A stretch of 61,802 nucleotides of DNA, filler included. It is 3 parts of 3 records of this genome, joined end to end, with 100 filler letters (N's around TTAATTAATTAA, not from the genome) between each part and the next. Parts side by side here need not be neighbours in the genome. Positions count along the whole stretch, not along the records: positions 1 to 25,850 come from SRR20825006_1345; positions 25,951 to 47,984 come from SRR20825006_1348; 1 more part is not named here. One strand, written 5' to 3'. This document shows positions 19,234 through 27,922 of the stretch, piece by piece. The notes beneath the pieces were generated by a model, which did not search any database, was not told the DNA's origin, and worked only from the letters and a program-made list of their open reading frames with translations. The translations under genes were made by a program, and so were the position numbers. The number at the start of each line of letters is the position of its first letter. Position 1 is the stretch's first letter.

Positions 19234-22200
19234 TGCTAATCCATGATCTTGCTTTTGCCCTTCAGGAGGAAAACACCGGGCGCTTAATGGATTGTCTCAA
19301 ATGGATCGGCAACTCATATCCAGAATATCCCATCCTGTCACAGTTTTGCGTAGAACTCATAAACGCTCTCAATGCCTCCGAACTGGTTACACCGCCGGAC
19401 ACTTTCAAGGATCGAAATGAAGAAAAGTTTCAGGATTACGTAAAGGCCTGGATGCACCTCCTCACAACTGATACCCCTACAGGGATTGAGTCGATACCCC
19501 ACGTCGAGGACGTATACCTCGCAACCGCCGCGGCAAGTGTTCTCACGATTTACAAGTTTCAGACGCAGGAAAAGTCACGACGCAAACCCATCTCCCTGGC
19601 TAGCTTTGGCCGCGCGGAGATTGCCCTTAGAAAAATACTGCTCGCAGAGCATAAGTTACTCGATGAATTTCGCTCACGTACTTCCGATCTCTGGCAATAT
19701 TTATCTACCCTCCGCGCGTTGGAAAGCAACGGCACGTTCAGCAAAAAAATCACCGAAAACAGAATCAAACCTCTCAGACTTATATTCGAGTATGCCCTCG
19801 GCGAAAGAGAGGGCAAACACGAACACACAAAGAGCATATTGCCTGAAATTCTTAGCATCCTCGTTGAGGACGACAGTGATAACGTAGACGAACCAACACG
19901 GGTAATCCGCACCCGCACTGGTGAAGATGGCAACTTCAACCACATCCCCGCCAAAGAAAATACCTATGACGGGCCAGCGTCGAAAAGCTACGTCGAACCG
20001 CCTAGGGCTGAAAAGGCTAAACCTACAGCAGTTTCACCCCACCTCCAGCACCGCATTAATGATAAAATCAGTCAGCGCCTAGTCATGGCTCAGGTGTTGT
20101 CAGGCGCTAGCCATAAAGCACTGAGCGATAAAGACGTTGCACTTCTCAGGAAAGAATGCTTTGAACTCCTCAGCACGGAAGACCTTCAAAGCAGCCCTAC
20201 ATGGGAAAACGCGCTCTTTCTATTGCTGTCGCTGATAACGGGTCGTTCCATTCGATTCCTCCGCAATTTGCAGTTTAAATCCCAGACGGCTAAAGGCTTC
20301 CCCGGAGAACCTTGTTGGATATGGCACGATTTGCAGTGCTACCTCTATGACGTGCCTGATATCCCTCGAAGCAGATGCCCCGACATGGTCGGGGAACTTG
20401 ACGCACGCGACTTATTCTCGCAGGAAAAAACTGCGGGTTTCTTCGTTCAAATACCAGACGAGGTCGCTGAGAGGCTGGTCCGTCACAGGAACAGTTCTAT
20501 ACCCAAAAAGAACAGATTGTCTGAAACAGCAAGTCAGACTCTTTCAGCCTTCGGCTCACTTCGCGATCGCAACGTCTCACTAACGAAAGTTCAAGCTCAC
20601 CTGCGCCTGAACTTAAAACGCGCAGGCATCGACGACGTCGTTGCAGGCTACATTTGTGGCAAAACAGCTGATCAATTGCCCGCGATGTACTACACTCAAG
20701 TCTCTCAAGCAGACATCACGGCAGCGCACACAGACTACCTTGCGCACCTTGGCTTTGCCTCCTCACCCATTGCGCCTCACGACGGTAAAATCGGCAGCAT
20801 GCTGTCGCCCAAGCCTGGGTGGGTACGCGACCTTTTAGGTTATATTCGGGAACAGATAGCACTGGTTGATACTGGCAAGCGAGATGACCTATTCAACCAC
20901 CACAATTACCTAATGTTGTATACATATTTGATCCTTTGCCTCTCCACAGGGCATCGGCCGGTCAAAGCGCCCTTCCAGTATCTGCGCGATTTTGACCTCA
21001 TCTCGGGCTTTGTTTGGATCAGTGACAAAGTTGTAAGGACAAATCACGCGTCACGTATCGTTCCCTTGTGCGGCACAGCCGTCCAACAAATACAATATTA
21101 TGTGCGGCATCTGCACCAGCTCCGCGACAGACTTCGGCATAACGACTATGAAAGCTCGCACTACCTTGAGGGCATTCTCAAGAACAAGACCCCTCTCCTC
21201 TTTGTATTTGATGAGGAAGGGCACAGCTCTCTTACACCCAAAGTTCTTCAAACATGGCACGGGTTCATCAGCGCTCTGCCCGGCAACTGGCATCGCCACA
21301 CACTGAGAAGTCTTTTGACAGGCGACGTACCCCATGAGTGCCTCAACGCTTTTATGGGACATGCCCTGCTTGGTGTTGGGCCAATGAGCCGCACGAGTGG
21401 TTTTGAGTTTGCGTCACTATCTGCTCTGAAAGATCCACTGGAGCATACGATGCAGACTTATGGAGGCATCGCTCTTGAACAAACACCTCAACAATATACC
21501 ATTGAGCCATATCACGCAGTCGGCGACCATACTGCTCATATCGGCCGCACCGGCAGGGAGAAAAATCGTACGCACTTGCTAAAGAGGGCTGCTGAGAAGT
21601 GCGCTGAGATACAGGCAGAAATCGGTTTCTGTAGCATGCAAATCACCACTGCTGAGAAATACGAACATACTCTTTCCAAGGTCGAGAAACAGCTCCGTTC
21701 CCTGAATCTGTCTGCAGAGCAATACTGCCACGCAAAAAGACAACTGCAGAAAAGTGCAAAGAAGATCATTGACACGCATGGCCTTATCGTCAGCTTGCCA
21801 TCCGTCCCGTCTCAGGTTTCGTTTGAGCCATCCTTTCGCACCGAAAAATGGTTCACGTATTCGAGATATATCCATGTCTGGGACGAGGGCTTCTACGAGC
21901 GCTTGGAAAAGTTCAGCCGATCATCGCAGGAAGACGACCTAACTCTTATCGGGCTCATTTTATATTCCGCAGCAGCCAGAGGAGGGTTAGCTCACCCAAA
22001 GATGCTCGCAGACCTGGCCTTGAACCTTTCCAACCCTACGATAAAACCTCAATCCGTGGGATCATACGTCTGGTTCGACCTCGACATTCCCATCGACGGA
22101 AAAGAGGGAAGATATAGCATCAAGGTAGGAAACAAGTGCCACCAGCACCGGCACTGGTTTGTGGACGAAGTCAGCCTTGCGCTGATCATTCGTCTCTATA

Positions 22201-24560
22201 AAAAGCGTTCATCTCGCAGCAATATTTCCTTAGGTCAAACACGGCTCCTGAAGGCAAATGTTTTCGACCTAATCAAAAAAGCGATTTTTGGTGATGGCCC
22301 AAACCAAACATCGATTACGGATCTTGAAAAACTCACGACCGCGGCTTTATGGCGACATGACTGCTCGGGTGGGCCGGGAATCAGCGAGGCGTTACAATCC
22401 TTGGCAATGGGTAACTTCCAAACCTTCTCCATCGATCGTAAATCATGGACTGGCTTGTTCAGTCCCACACCTGTGGCCACAGAAATGTCCGTGCCTGTTT
22501 CGTACAAGGCCGATGATCGGAAAGCACCTTCTCGATATCGAGCTGAAGATCCACACGTTTGGGGTTCTTTCTACGAAAACCACTTGATCCCAGTAGTTCG
22601 CCCAGTTCTGCACAACTGCAAAAAAGTAAAAACGTCCGACGTGCTGGTGAAGCTGGAGGCGCTTAAAGAAACAAGAGGCCTGCCGACACATCTCCTCCTG
22701 GTATTGGACTGGCTAATCGATGTAGGGAAGCGCAGCGTGAAACCTTCCACCATTCAACGGTATTGCTCCACCTTTGTCTCAGTTTGGCTACTGGAGACGC
22801 ATGGTAGGATTCCTGACTTGCAGGATGCCGAGGAACTTGAAGAACTCTACGACAACCTCTTGACCTATCATGACAGCCCTGGCGAGGCCGCCTACATGCT
22901 TGGTCGAATGGCTGATTTTCACGCTTTTGGCATGAGGGATAACCGCTATCGACTACCTCAAATCGAGAAACAGCGATGGCACCAGTTCAAGCGCCACTCC
23001 CGTGTACGCACAAAAGTGCTGTCCTTCAGGCAGATCCAAGCCGCTATTGATTTGATGACAAGTGGTGAGCCTAGTGTGCGAGAAAGGCGAAAAATATCCC
23101 TTTTTGTAATGCTTGCTTATCGCACTGGTATGCGTCTCATTGAGCTCGTGAAATTGCAGTTGAAAGACGTGGAGGCTTCAGATGATTTTTTCATTTCAAT
23201 CCGGGACAACCAGTTCGGTAACAATAAATCGCGGGCTGGCCGTCGACAGATAAACCTAAGAGTTTTCCTCAATGATAGAGAACTAGGTGAGTTCAAATCG
23301 CTGATGGCCCAAAATGCCAGAAAGACAAACCGCAACTTGCCTGTCTTCTCCTACGGCAATACCGGATCGCCTTACCATGGAGGGCAAATCTCCAAAATGT
23401 TCTCGAAGGCAATTGCACAAATTACGGATGATGAGGATATCGTCTTTCATAGCCTGCGTCATAGCTGTCTGTCATGCCTGCACGCAACGCTTGAAGGTGA
23501 GGCAGAGATTGCGCACATGATTGTCGGTTTATCCGCAGAAAAATTAGAGGCCATCCGCGAACATCTGATGGGCCACATAGATAACCGAATGGGCCTTTAC
23601 TATACGCTCGCGGCCTTTGCCGGCCATGCTGGCCCTAAAGAGACAATGCTGAGCTACTTGCATCTCTCCGACCTAATCGTGTTCACCAAGCTTCAACGGC
23701 AGCCGCTAAAAATTGGCATCGACAAACTTGCGCAGATTGCAAGCGTGCAGGGCTCTAAAATCGAAAACCTTGAGCCTGCTGACCGCTATGAGTATTTAGT
23801 TCGCCAAAAGGTTCCGTTGATCGCCGTATCCTATCCTTTCACTTTGCCTGCCGAACAGGGTATTTCGCAGAGCAATTCAATTAGTCAGCCTAAAATACGA
23901 GCCGAATACGACCTGATGCTGGTTGATGAGATTTTACGAGCCTTGCAAGAAGGCTCTAAAGCTCGCGATCTTGCGTTCATATACGATGTAGACCGGGAGG
24001 TGATCGAAAGCTGGCATAAAAATGCCATTGAGCTTCAGTCCCTTCAAACACGCAGAGGAAACTCCCGACTGTACTCCAAAGGCAAAGAGACATCCCTTGT
24101 TCCCAACGCCCAGAAAGACAATCTTGTGAGAGTGGAGCTTGATAAGATATGCCGCTGCGTGCACCTAAAGTTGGAACACCGGTCAGCAGTGGATATCGAG
24201 CAGTTTGCGAAAGGCATTCTCGCGGCATCATCACCGGATGCAAGAACGTACAGAATTCATGATCCAGCATTTGCGGCAGAAATAGTTAATTTTTTAAGGC
24301 CGGAGGTTCAAACCGGAAGATGGGAAATGGAAGTCGATATTCCGGAGGGGCCTGATTTCGAAGCGTCAAAGAAAAAATGGAAGCACTACAACCCGTGGCT
24401 TTCGGAGGACGCCTTCAAATCACATGCGCAAAAGATTTCCGCACACCATAGGGCGGGTATTGGTATGTTGCATCTAAAACATCCCGCCAAGACAGCTAAA
24501 TCTGGCCTCCCTAGGCTGGTAGCTTATTTGATCGCCGTCGCATATGGTACGCCCAAGTAG
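19233..24560 (+). CDS. Giant (1775 aa) protein with several tyrosine-recombinase-like domains
   Basis: Complete C-proximal catalytic set R1301 (TGMR), K1332, H1406-x-x-R1409, H1465, Y1475; second set R575 (TGHR), K599, N685WHR688H, H710 with no obvious Tyr; degenerate box at R338 (ITGRS). Confidence 0.85.
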   Translation: MLIHDLAFALQEENTGRLMDCLKWIGNSYPEYPILSQFCVELINALNASELVTPPDTFKDRNEEKFQDYVKAWMHLLTTDTPTGIESIPHVEDVYLATAAASVLTIYKFQTQEKSRRKPISLASFGRAEIALRKILLAEHKLLDEFRSRTSDLWQYLSTLRALESNGTFSKKITENRIKPLRLIFEYALGEREGKHEHTKSILPEILSILVEDDSDNVDEPTRVIRTRTGEDGNFNHIPAKENTYDGPASKSYVEPPRAEKAKPTAVSPHLQHRINDKISQRLVMAQVLSGASHKALSDKDVALLRKECFELLSTEDLQSSPTWENALFLLLSLITGRSIRFLRNLQFKSQTAKGFPGEPCWIWHDLQCYLYDVPDIPRSRCPDMVGELDARDLFSQEKTAGFFVQIPDEVAERLVRHRNSSIPKKNRLSETASQTLSAFGSLRDRNVSLTKVQAHLRLNLKRAGIDDVVAGYICGKTADQLPAMYYTQVSQADITAAHTDYLAHLGFASSPIAPHDGKIGSMLSPKPGWVRDLLGYIREQIALVDTGKRDDLFNHHNYLMLYTYLILCLSTGHRPVKAPFQYLRDFDLISGFVWISDKVVRTNHASRIVPLCGTAVQQIQYYVRHLHQLRDRLRHNDYESSHYLEGILKNKTPLLFVFDEEGHSSLTPKVLQTWHGFISALPGNWHRHTLRSLLTGDVPHECLNAFMGHALLGVGPMSRTSGFEFASLSALKDPLEHTMQTYGGIALEQTPQQYTIEPYHAVGDHTAHIGRTGREKNRTHLLKRAAEKCAEIQAEIGFCSMQITTAEKYEHTLSKVEKQLRSLNLSAEQYCHAKRQLQKSAKKIIDTHGLIVSLPSVPSQVSFEPSFRTEKWFTYSRYIHVWDEGFYERLEKFSRSSQEDDLTLIGLILYSAAARGGLAHPKMLADLALNLSNPTIKPQSVGSYVWFDLDIPIDGKEGRYSIKVGNKCHQHRHWFVDEVSLALIIRLYKKRSSRSNISLGQTRLLKANVFDLIKKAIFGDGPNQTSITDLEKLTTAALWRHDCSGGPGISEALQSLAMGNFQTFSIDRKSWTGLFSPTPVATEMSVPVSYKADDRKAPSRYRAEDPHVWGSFYENHLIPVVRPVLHNCKKVKTSDVLVKLEALKETRGLPTHLLLVLDWLIDVGKRSVKPSTIQRYCSTFVSVWLLETHGRIPDLQDAEELEELYDNLLTYHDSPGEAAYMLGRMADFHAFGMRDNRYRLPQIEKQRWHQFKRHSRVRTKVLSFRQIQAAIDLMTSGEPSVRERRKISLFVMLAYRTGMRLIELVKLQLKDVEASDDFFISIRDNQFGNNKSRAGRRQINLRVFLNDRELGEFKSLMAQNARKTNRNLPVFSYGNTGSPYHGGQISKMFSKAIAQITDDEDIVFHSLRHSCLSCLHATLEGEAEIAHMIVGLSAEKLEAIREHLMGHIDNRMGLYYTLAAFAGHAGPKETMLSYLHLSDLIVFTKLQRQPLKIGIDKLAQIASVQGSKIENLEPADRYEYLVRQKVPLIAVSYPFTLPAEQGISQSNSISQPKIRAEYDLMLVDEILRALQEGSKARDLAFIYDVDREVIESWHKNAIELQSLQTRRGNSRLYSKGKETSLVPNAQKDNLVRVELDKICRCVHLKLEHRSAVDIEQFAKGILAASSPDARTYRIHDPAFAAEIVNFLRPEVQTGRWEMEVDIPEGPDFEASKKKWKHYNPWLSEDAFKSHAQKISAHHRAGIGMLHLKHPAKTAKSGLPRLVAYLIAVAYGTPK

Positions 24561-24768
24561 TTTTAAATACTCCTACCGTCGAGGAGTTGTAGATCGCTGC
24601 ACGTTTCTACTCGCAGTCACGGTCGACGTCGCAAAACAAAAATCAGTTCCAAATAATGTGCGTACAGTCCATCGCCAAAAAATAGTTGCTTGCAAGCCAA
24701 ACCGGACGCGTCTTTGCAATATTATGATAGCTGGCACCCCTCTCGGCCCTTAGATAAAATATAAGCAA

Positions 24769-24810
24769 ATATAACCATGTATAGTCATTTTACGATATAC
24801 TTGGTTATAT
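24769..24810. repeat. AT-rich inverted repeat (15-bp arms, 14/15 paired, 12-bp spacer); candidate recombination or end site
   Basis: ATATAACCATGTATA-gtcattttacga-TATACTTGGTTATAT, about 210 bp after the recombinase stop; the function is inference. Confidence 0.6.
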
Positions 24811-25030
24811 CCCGATATAAACTAAGCCAGTTAGTCGGAAGCTTAACCTGCCTTTGGATGTAGCAGTACTCTGTTGCTGTCACTATCGGAAAGCATCAGC
24901 TAGTGCCTTCGTGCACGCGTCCGCTCTCGACCCAAAGCGGACGTTCCTACGACAGAAATGTTGGCCTGCGAGTATGCCCCCAACTCGCCAGGAGCGGACT
25001 AAAGGTTCCGAGGAGCACATGAAGATATAG

Positions 25031-25680
25031 TTAGTCCCAGGGTGTGTGAAATAGTTCAGTCAAGTATATCTCAAATGCTATCGGATTTATGGGTTTGTGA
25101 AAGACCTTGAACGGTGATGCTGCTAAGGCCTGTAAATCCACTGTGCTGGTAGCATCGGTAATGATAATAGCGGGAATACTGCTATAACGTAGGTGCACGG
25201 ACGTAATTACATCAAGGCCTGTTGTGTCAGCGTCCAAGTGGTAGTCGACAACGACAAGGTCTGGCCTGCCTAGATCATCAAGTGTTTCAAGGGCGTCATG
25301 CACCGAGCTTACGCTGCGCGCGGCGCGCCCCCAACTGCGGAACAGCTCTGCAAGAGCTTCTCGTGCTTCCTTGCTGTCATCCACGATTAGAACAACGAGC
25401 CGTTTTGCAGGTATTTTGAGTCCCTTATCCAAATCAATGTCCTGGGGTTCCGCCGAAGCTGAGATGCGCGGAACTTTTGTGGAAAGTCGAAAAACAGTGG
25501 CTTCATTTTCCCAGGACTTCAGGTCAATTTTCATGTCCATTAAAGCGCAAAGCTCTTTAACAATTGCGAGCCCAAGGCCCAAGCCTGTTTGATGGGAGCC
25601 GCGTAGTGTACCTGCCTGAGCAAAGCGCTCAAAAACACGATCCATATCATCTGTGTGGATTCCGTATCCGTTATGCCTTC
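25031..25680 (-). pseudogene. 5'-truncated hybrid histidine kinase (HATPase C-terminal half plus receiver domain)
   Basis: HNGYGI..DMDRVFERF, GLGLGLAIV G-boxes, then REC motifs VDD, D, KP; in-frame TGA just upstream of the G1 box; no HisKA or N-box. Confidence 0.75.
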
Positions 25681-25850
25681 ATCGTCGTGATGAACATATC
25701 GGCGGCAATGTCTGACCTTTTACCAAATGGGTTCGTCGGGTTTTCTCTTAAACATTGAATATTGGGGTGGTTTTCTCTGGTTTTATGAAAATTTGTCCAG
25801 GTATCCGTGATAACTGGATACGAAAGCCGCAGAACTCCGAGATTGAAATT

Positions 25851-25950
25851 NNNNNNNNNNNNNNNNNNNNNNNNNNNNNNNNNNNNNNNNNNNNTTAATT
25901 AATTAANNNNNNNNNNNNNNNNNNNNNNNNNNNNNNNNNNNNNNNNNNNN
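25851..25950. other. Artificial contig linker
   Basis: 44 N + TTAATTAATTAA (stops in all six frames) + 44 N. Confidence 0.98.
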
Positions 25951-27288
25951 CCAGACCAGCGCATCCACCCGGTCAGGCGATCCGCGAAACCCTTCCGCGC
26001 CGAACTGGCACATCTGGTCTTCCAGCGTCGGCAACAGGCCGACATGCGCCACCCGCCCCTGCTCATACAGCGTCGCCACAGGCGCGGCCCGTGCGCGCTT
26101 GCCCAGCCGCGCATGCACCAGCCGCACCGGCACATCCGCCCCGGCGCTTTCCAGCACCTGCCGCACCATTTCGCCGCCCTGATTGGACTCGGCGATGATC
26201 TCCCGCGCGCCAACCTCGCGGCACACCGCAACCGCTCGCCTCGCCCAGTCGAGCGGCTTCAGGCCCGGCGCCGACGCATCGGCCAGCACAAAGGCGACCC
26301 CTTCGCGCACGCCCGCCGCAATAATCCCGCAGGCATCCGCCGCAGGCCCGCTCGTTGCGGGCGGGTCCACCGCCACGATCACATCCTCCAGCATGGGCGG
26401 TGCGCTCACCCGTGCCGCATCAATCATCTGCCTGCGGAACAGCGCGCCTTCGGCATCCTCCAGCAATTCGCCATGAATTTCCTGCCGGGCCAGCGCGCTG
26501 TTGCCATAGGCCGCCCGCATCGCCGCCACGAACCCATCTGACAGATTCTCCGCATTCTCGGCCATGCTGGCCTGACGCACCAATGTCCCCGGCCCGGTGA
26601 GCAGACCCTTGAAGAAATCCGTCGGTCGCGGCGTGGTCGTCGCCATCACGCGCGGGTCCGCGCCCAGCCTCAGCCCCATCTGCAACGTGTCCCACACGGC
26701 CTGCCCCCGCATCCATGCGGCGATCTCGTCACACCAGGCCACATCAAATTGCGGCCCGCGCAAACTGTCCGGATCTTCGGCAGAGAACACATGCGCTTCC
26801 GCCCCATTGTCAAATCTCAGGATACGCCGGCTGGGCGAGTAGTGTGGGCGGCGGCACTTCAGCGGCTCGATCCATTTCAGCCCGCTCGGCCCATCGATCA
26901 TCACTTCGCGCACATCGTGCAGGGCGGGTCCCACCAGCGCCGCCCGGTGACACCGCCCGTGAATCATCGACCAGCGGAGCCATTCGGCCCCCGCCCGCGT
27001 CTTCCCAGCGCCGCGTCCGCCCATGAACACGAAGCTCCGCCATCCGCCCGGCGGCGGCACCTGTATATCGCGGGCGTGCAGGATCCACGGATTCTGGCTG
27101 ACCAGGCTGCGCTCCCATTCCGCCAGCGTGCTCCAGTCGTTGCTCTGCGCCGCCTGACGCGCCCTTTGTTTGAAATCCGGCAGCAAGGGCGTCCAGCCGG
27201 CATTGCTCAGCGGCTGGAGAGAGTTCGTCTTCGGCGTCTTCGCCCGTTTCGTCTTCGTTGGCACGTCCGGCAATCCGCACATCCTCAT
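25951..27288 (-). CDS. Large terminase, gene-transfer-agent (RcGTA-like) type; 3' end cut by the contig edge
   Basis: GGRGAGKTRAGAEW Walker A, LRGPQFD.AWCDE Walker B, VAVDPPAT, SPDRVDALVW nuclease motifs; start uncertain. Confidence 0.85.
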
Positions 27289-27640
27289 CCCCTTCCCAAG
27301 TCGCCACCGCCATTTCCATCCGCCGGATTTCCGCCGCCAGCCGCATGATCAGGCCACTCACCGCGCGCAACTCCTCCGGTGTCACATCCGCCGCAATCAT
27401 ACGGTCCACTGCCATGTCGTGCGCTTCGCTCAGCGACAGGCGCTGGCGCTCCAGCGGTCTCTCCGGAGCGTCGAGCCCATTGTCCCGGATCACACGCCAG
27501 ACTGTGCTGGCACCCCGGCCAACCTGCGCCGCGATCTCCGCCATGCTCCGCCCCAACAGGCGCTGGAGCCGGACCTGCCGGATCAGGCGTTGACGATGGG
27601 GCTGTCGGATCATTCGGGCCTCCTGCAATGAGAGGGGCAA
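26810..27640 (-). CDS. HTH protein upstream of the terminase; putative small terminase
   Basis: SMAEIAAQVGRGASTVWRVI HTH and helical middle; position 5' of terL; the C-terminal part overlapping terL is doubtful. Confidence 0.5.
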   Translation of the reverse strand: MPLSLQEARMIRQPHRQRLIRQVRLQRLLGRSMAEIAAQVGRGASTVWRVIRDNGLDAPERPLERQRLSLSEAHDMAVDRMIAADVTPEELRAVSGLIMRLAAEIRRMEMAVATWEGDEDVRIAGRANEDETGEDAEDELSPAAEQCRLDALAAGFQTKGASGGAEQRLEHAGGMGAQPGQPESVDPARPRYTGAAAGRMAELRVHGRTRRWEDAGGGRMAPLVDDSRAVSPGGAGGTRPARCARSDDRWAERAEMDRAAEVPPPTLLAQPAYPEI

Positions 27641-27806
27641 TGTCGCATAGGGGCGGGCCCCGTCGAATTCAGGCTCCGAAAACCCTCAAGCTTTCGGGAT
27701 GATTCGCCTGCTCAACCTCAGAGCGACGCCAATAAGTGTTGCGGGAAAAGCACGAATTTTTCCCCGCATGGCAGGCACTTGCCCCATTTTCCTAAGAATT
27801 CCGGGG

Positions 27807-27846
27807 GCGTCATAAAAACATTACGCATCTGTCATCCAGCCGTAAC
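27807..27846 (+). promoter_or_regulatory. Pho box array (four PhoB half-sites at 11-bp spacing)
   Basis: GCGTCAT-aaaa-ACATTAC-gcat-CTGTCAT-ccag-CCGTAAC upstream of the TonB receptor. Confidence 0.75.
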
Positions 27847-27922
27847 TCTGGCGTGGGACGGGGCCGCAGTTTTCGAAGCGTAGACTTCTTAATACGGATT
27901 CCCAGAGCAAGGACGACCTCCC

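Noticed and set aside
24544-24753. 69-aa ORF after the recombinase
   Set aside because: Short, no RBS or motif, overlaps the recombinase stop
25895-25906. TTAATTAATTAA palindrome (also 48029-48040)
   Set aside because: Embedded in N runs; an assembly spacer, not biology
25031-27288. Functional link between the giant recombinase region and the terminase (prophage)
   Set aside because: They are on different contigs separated by a linker
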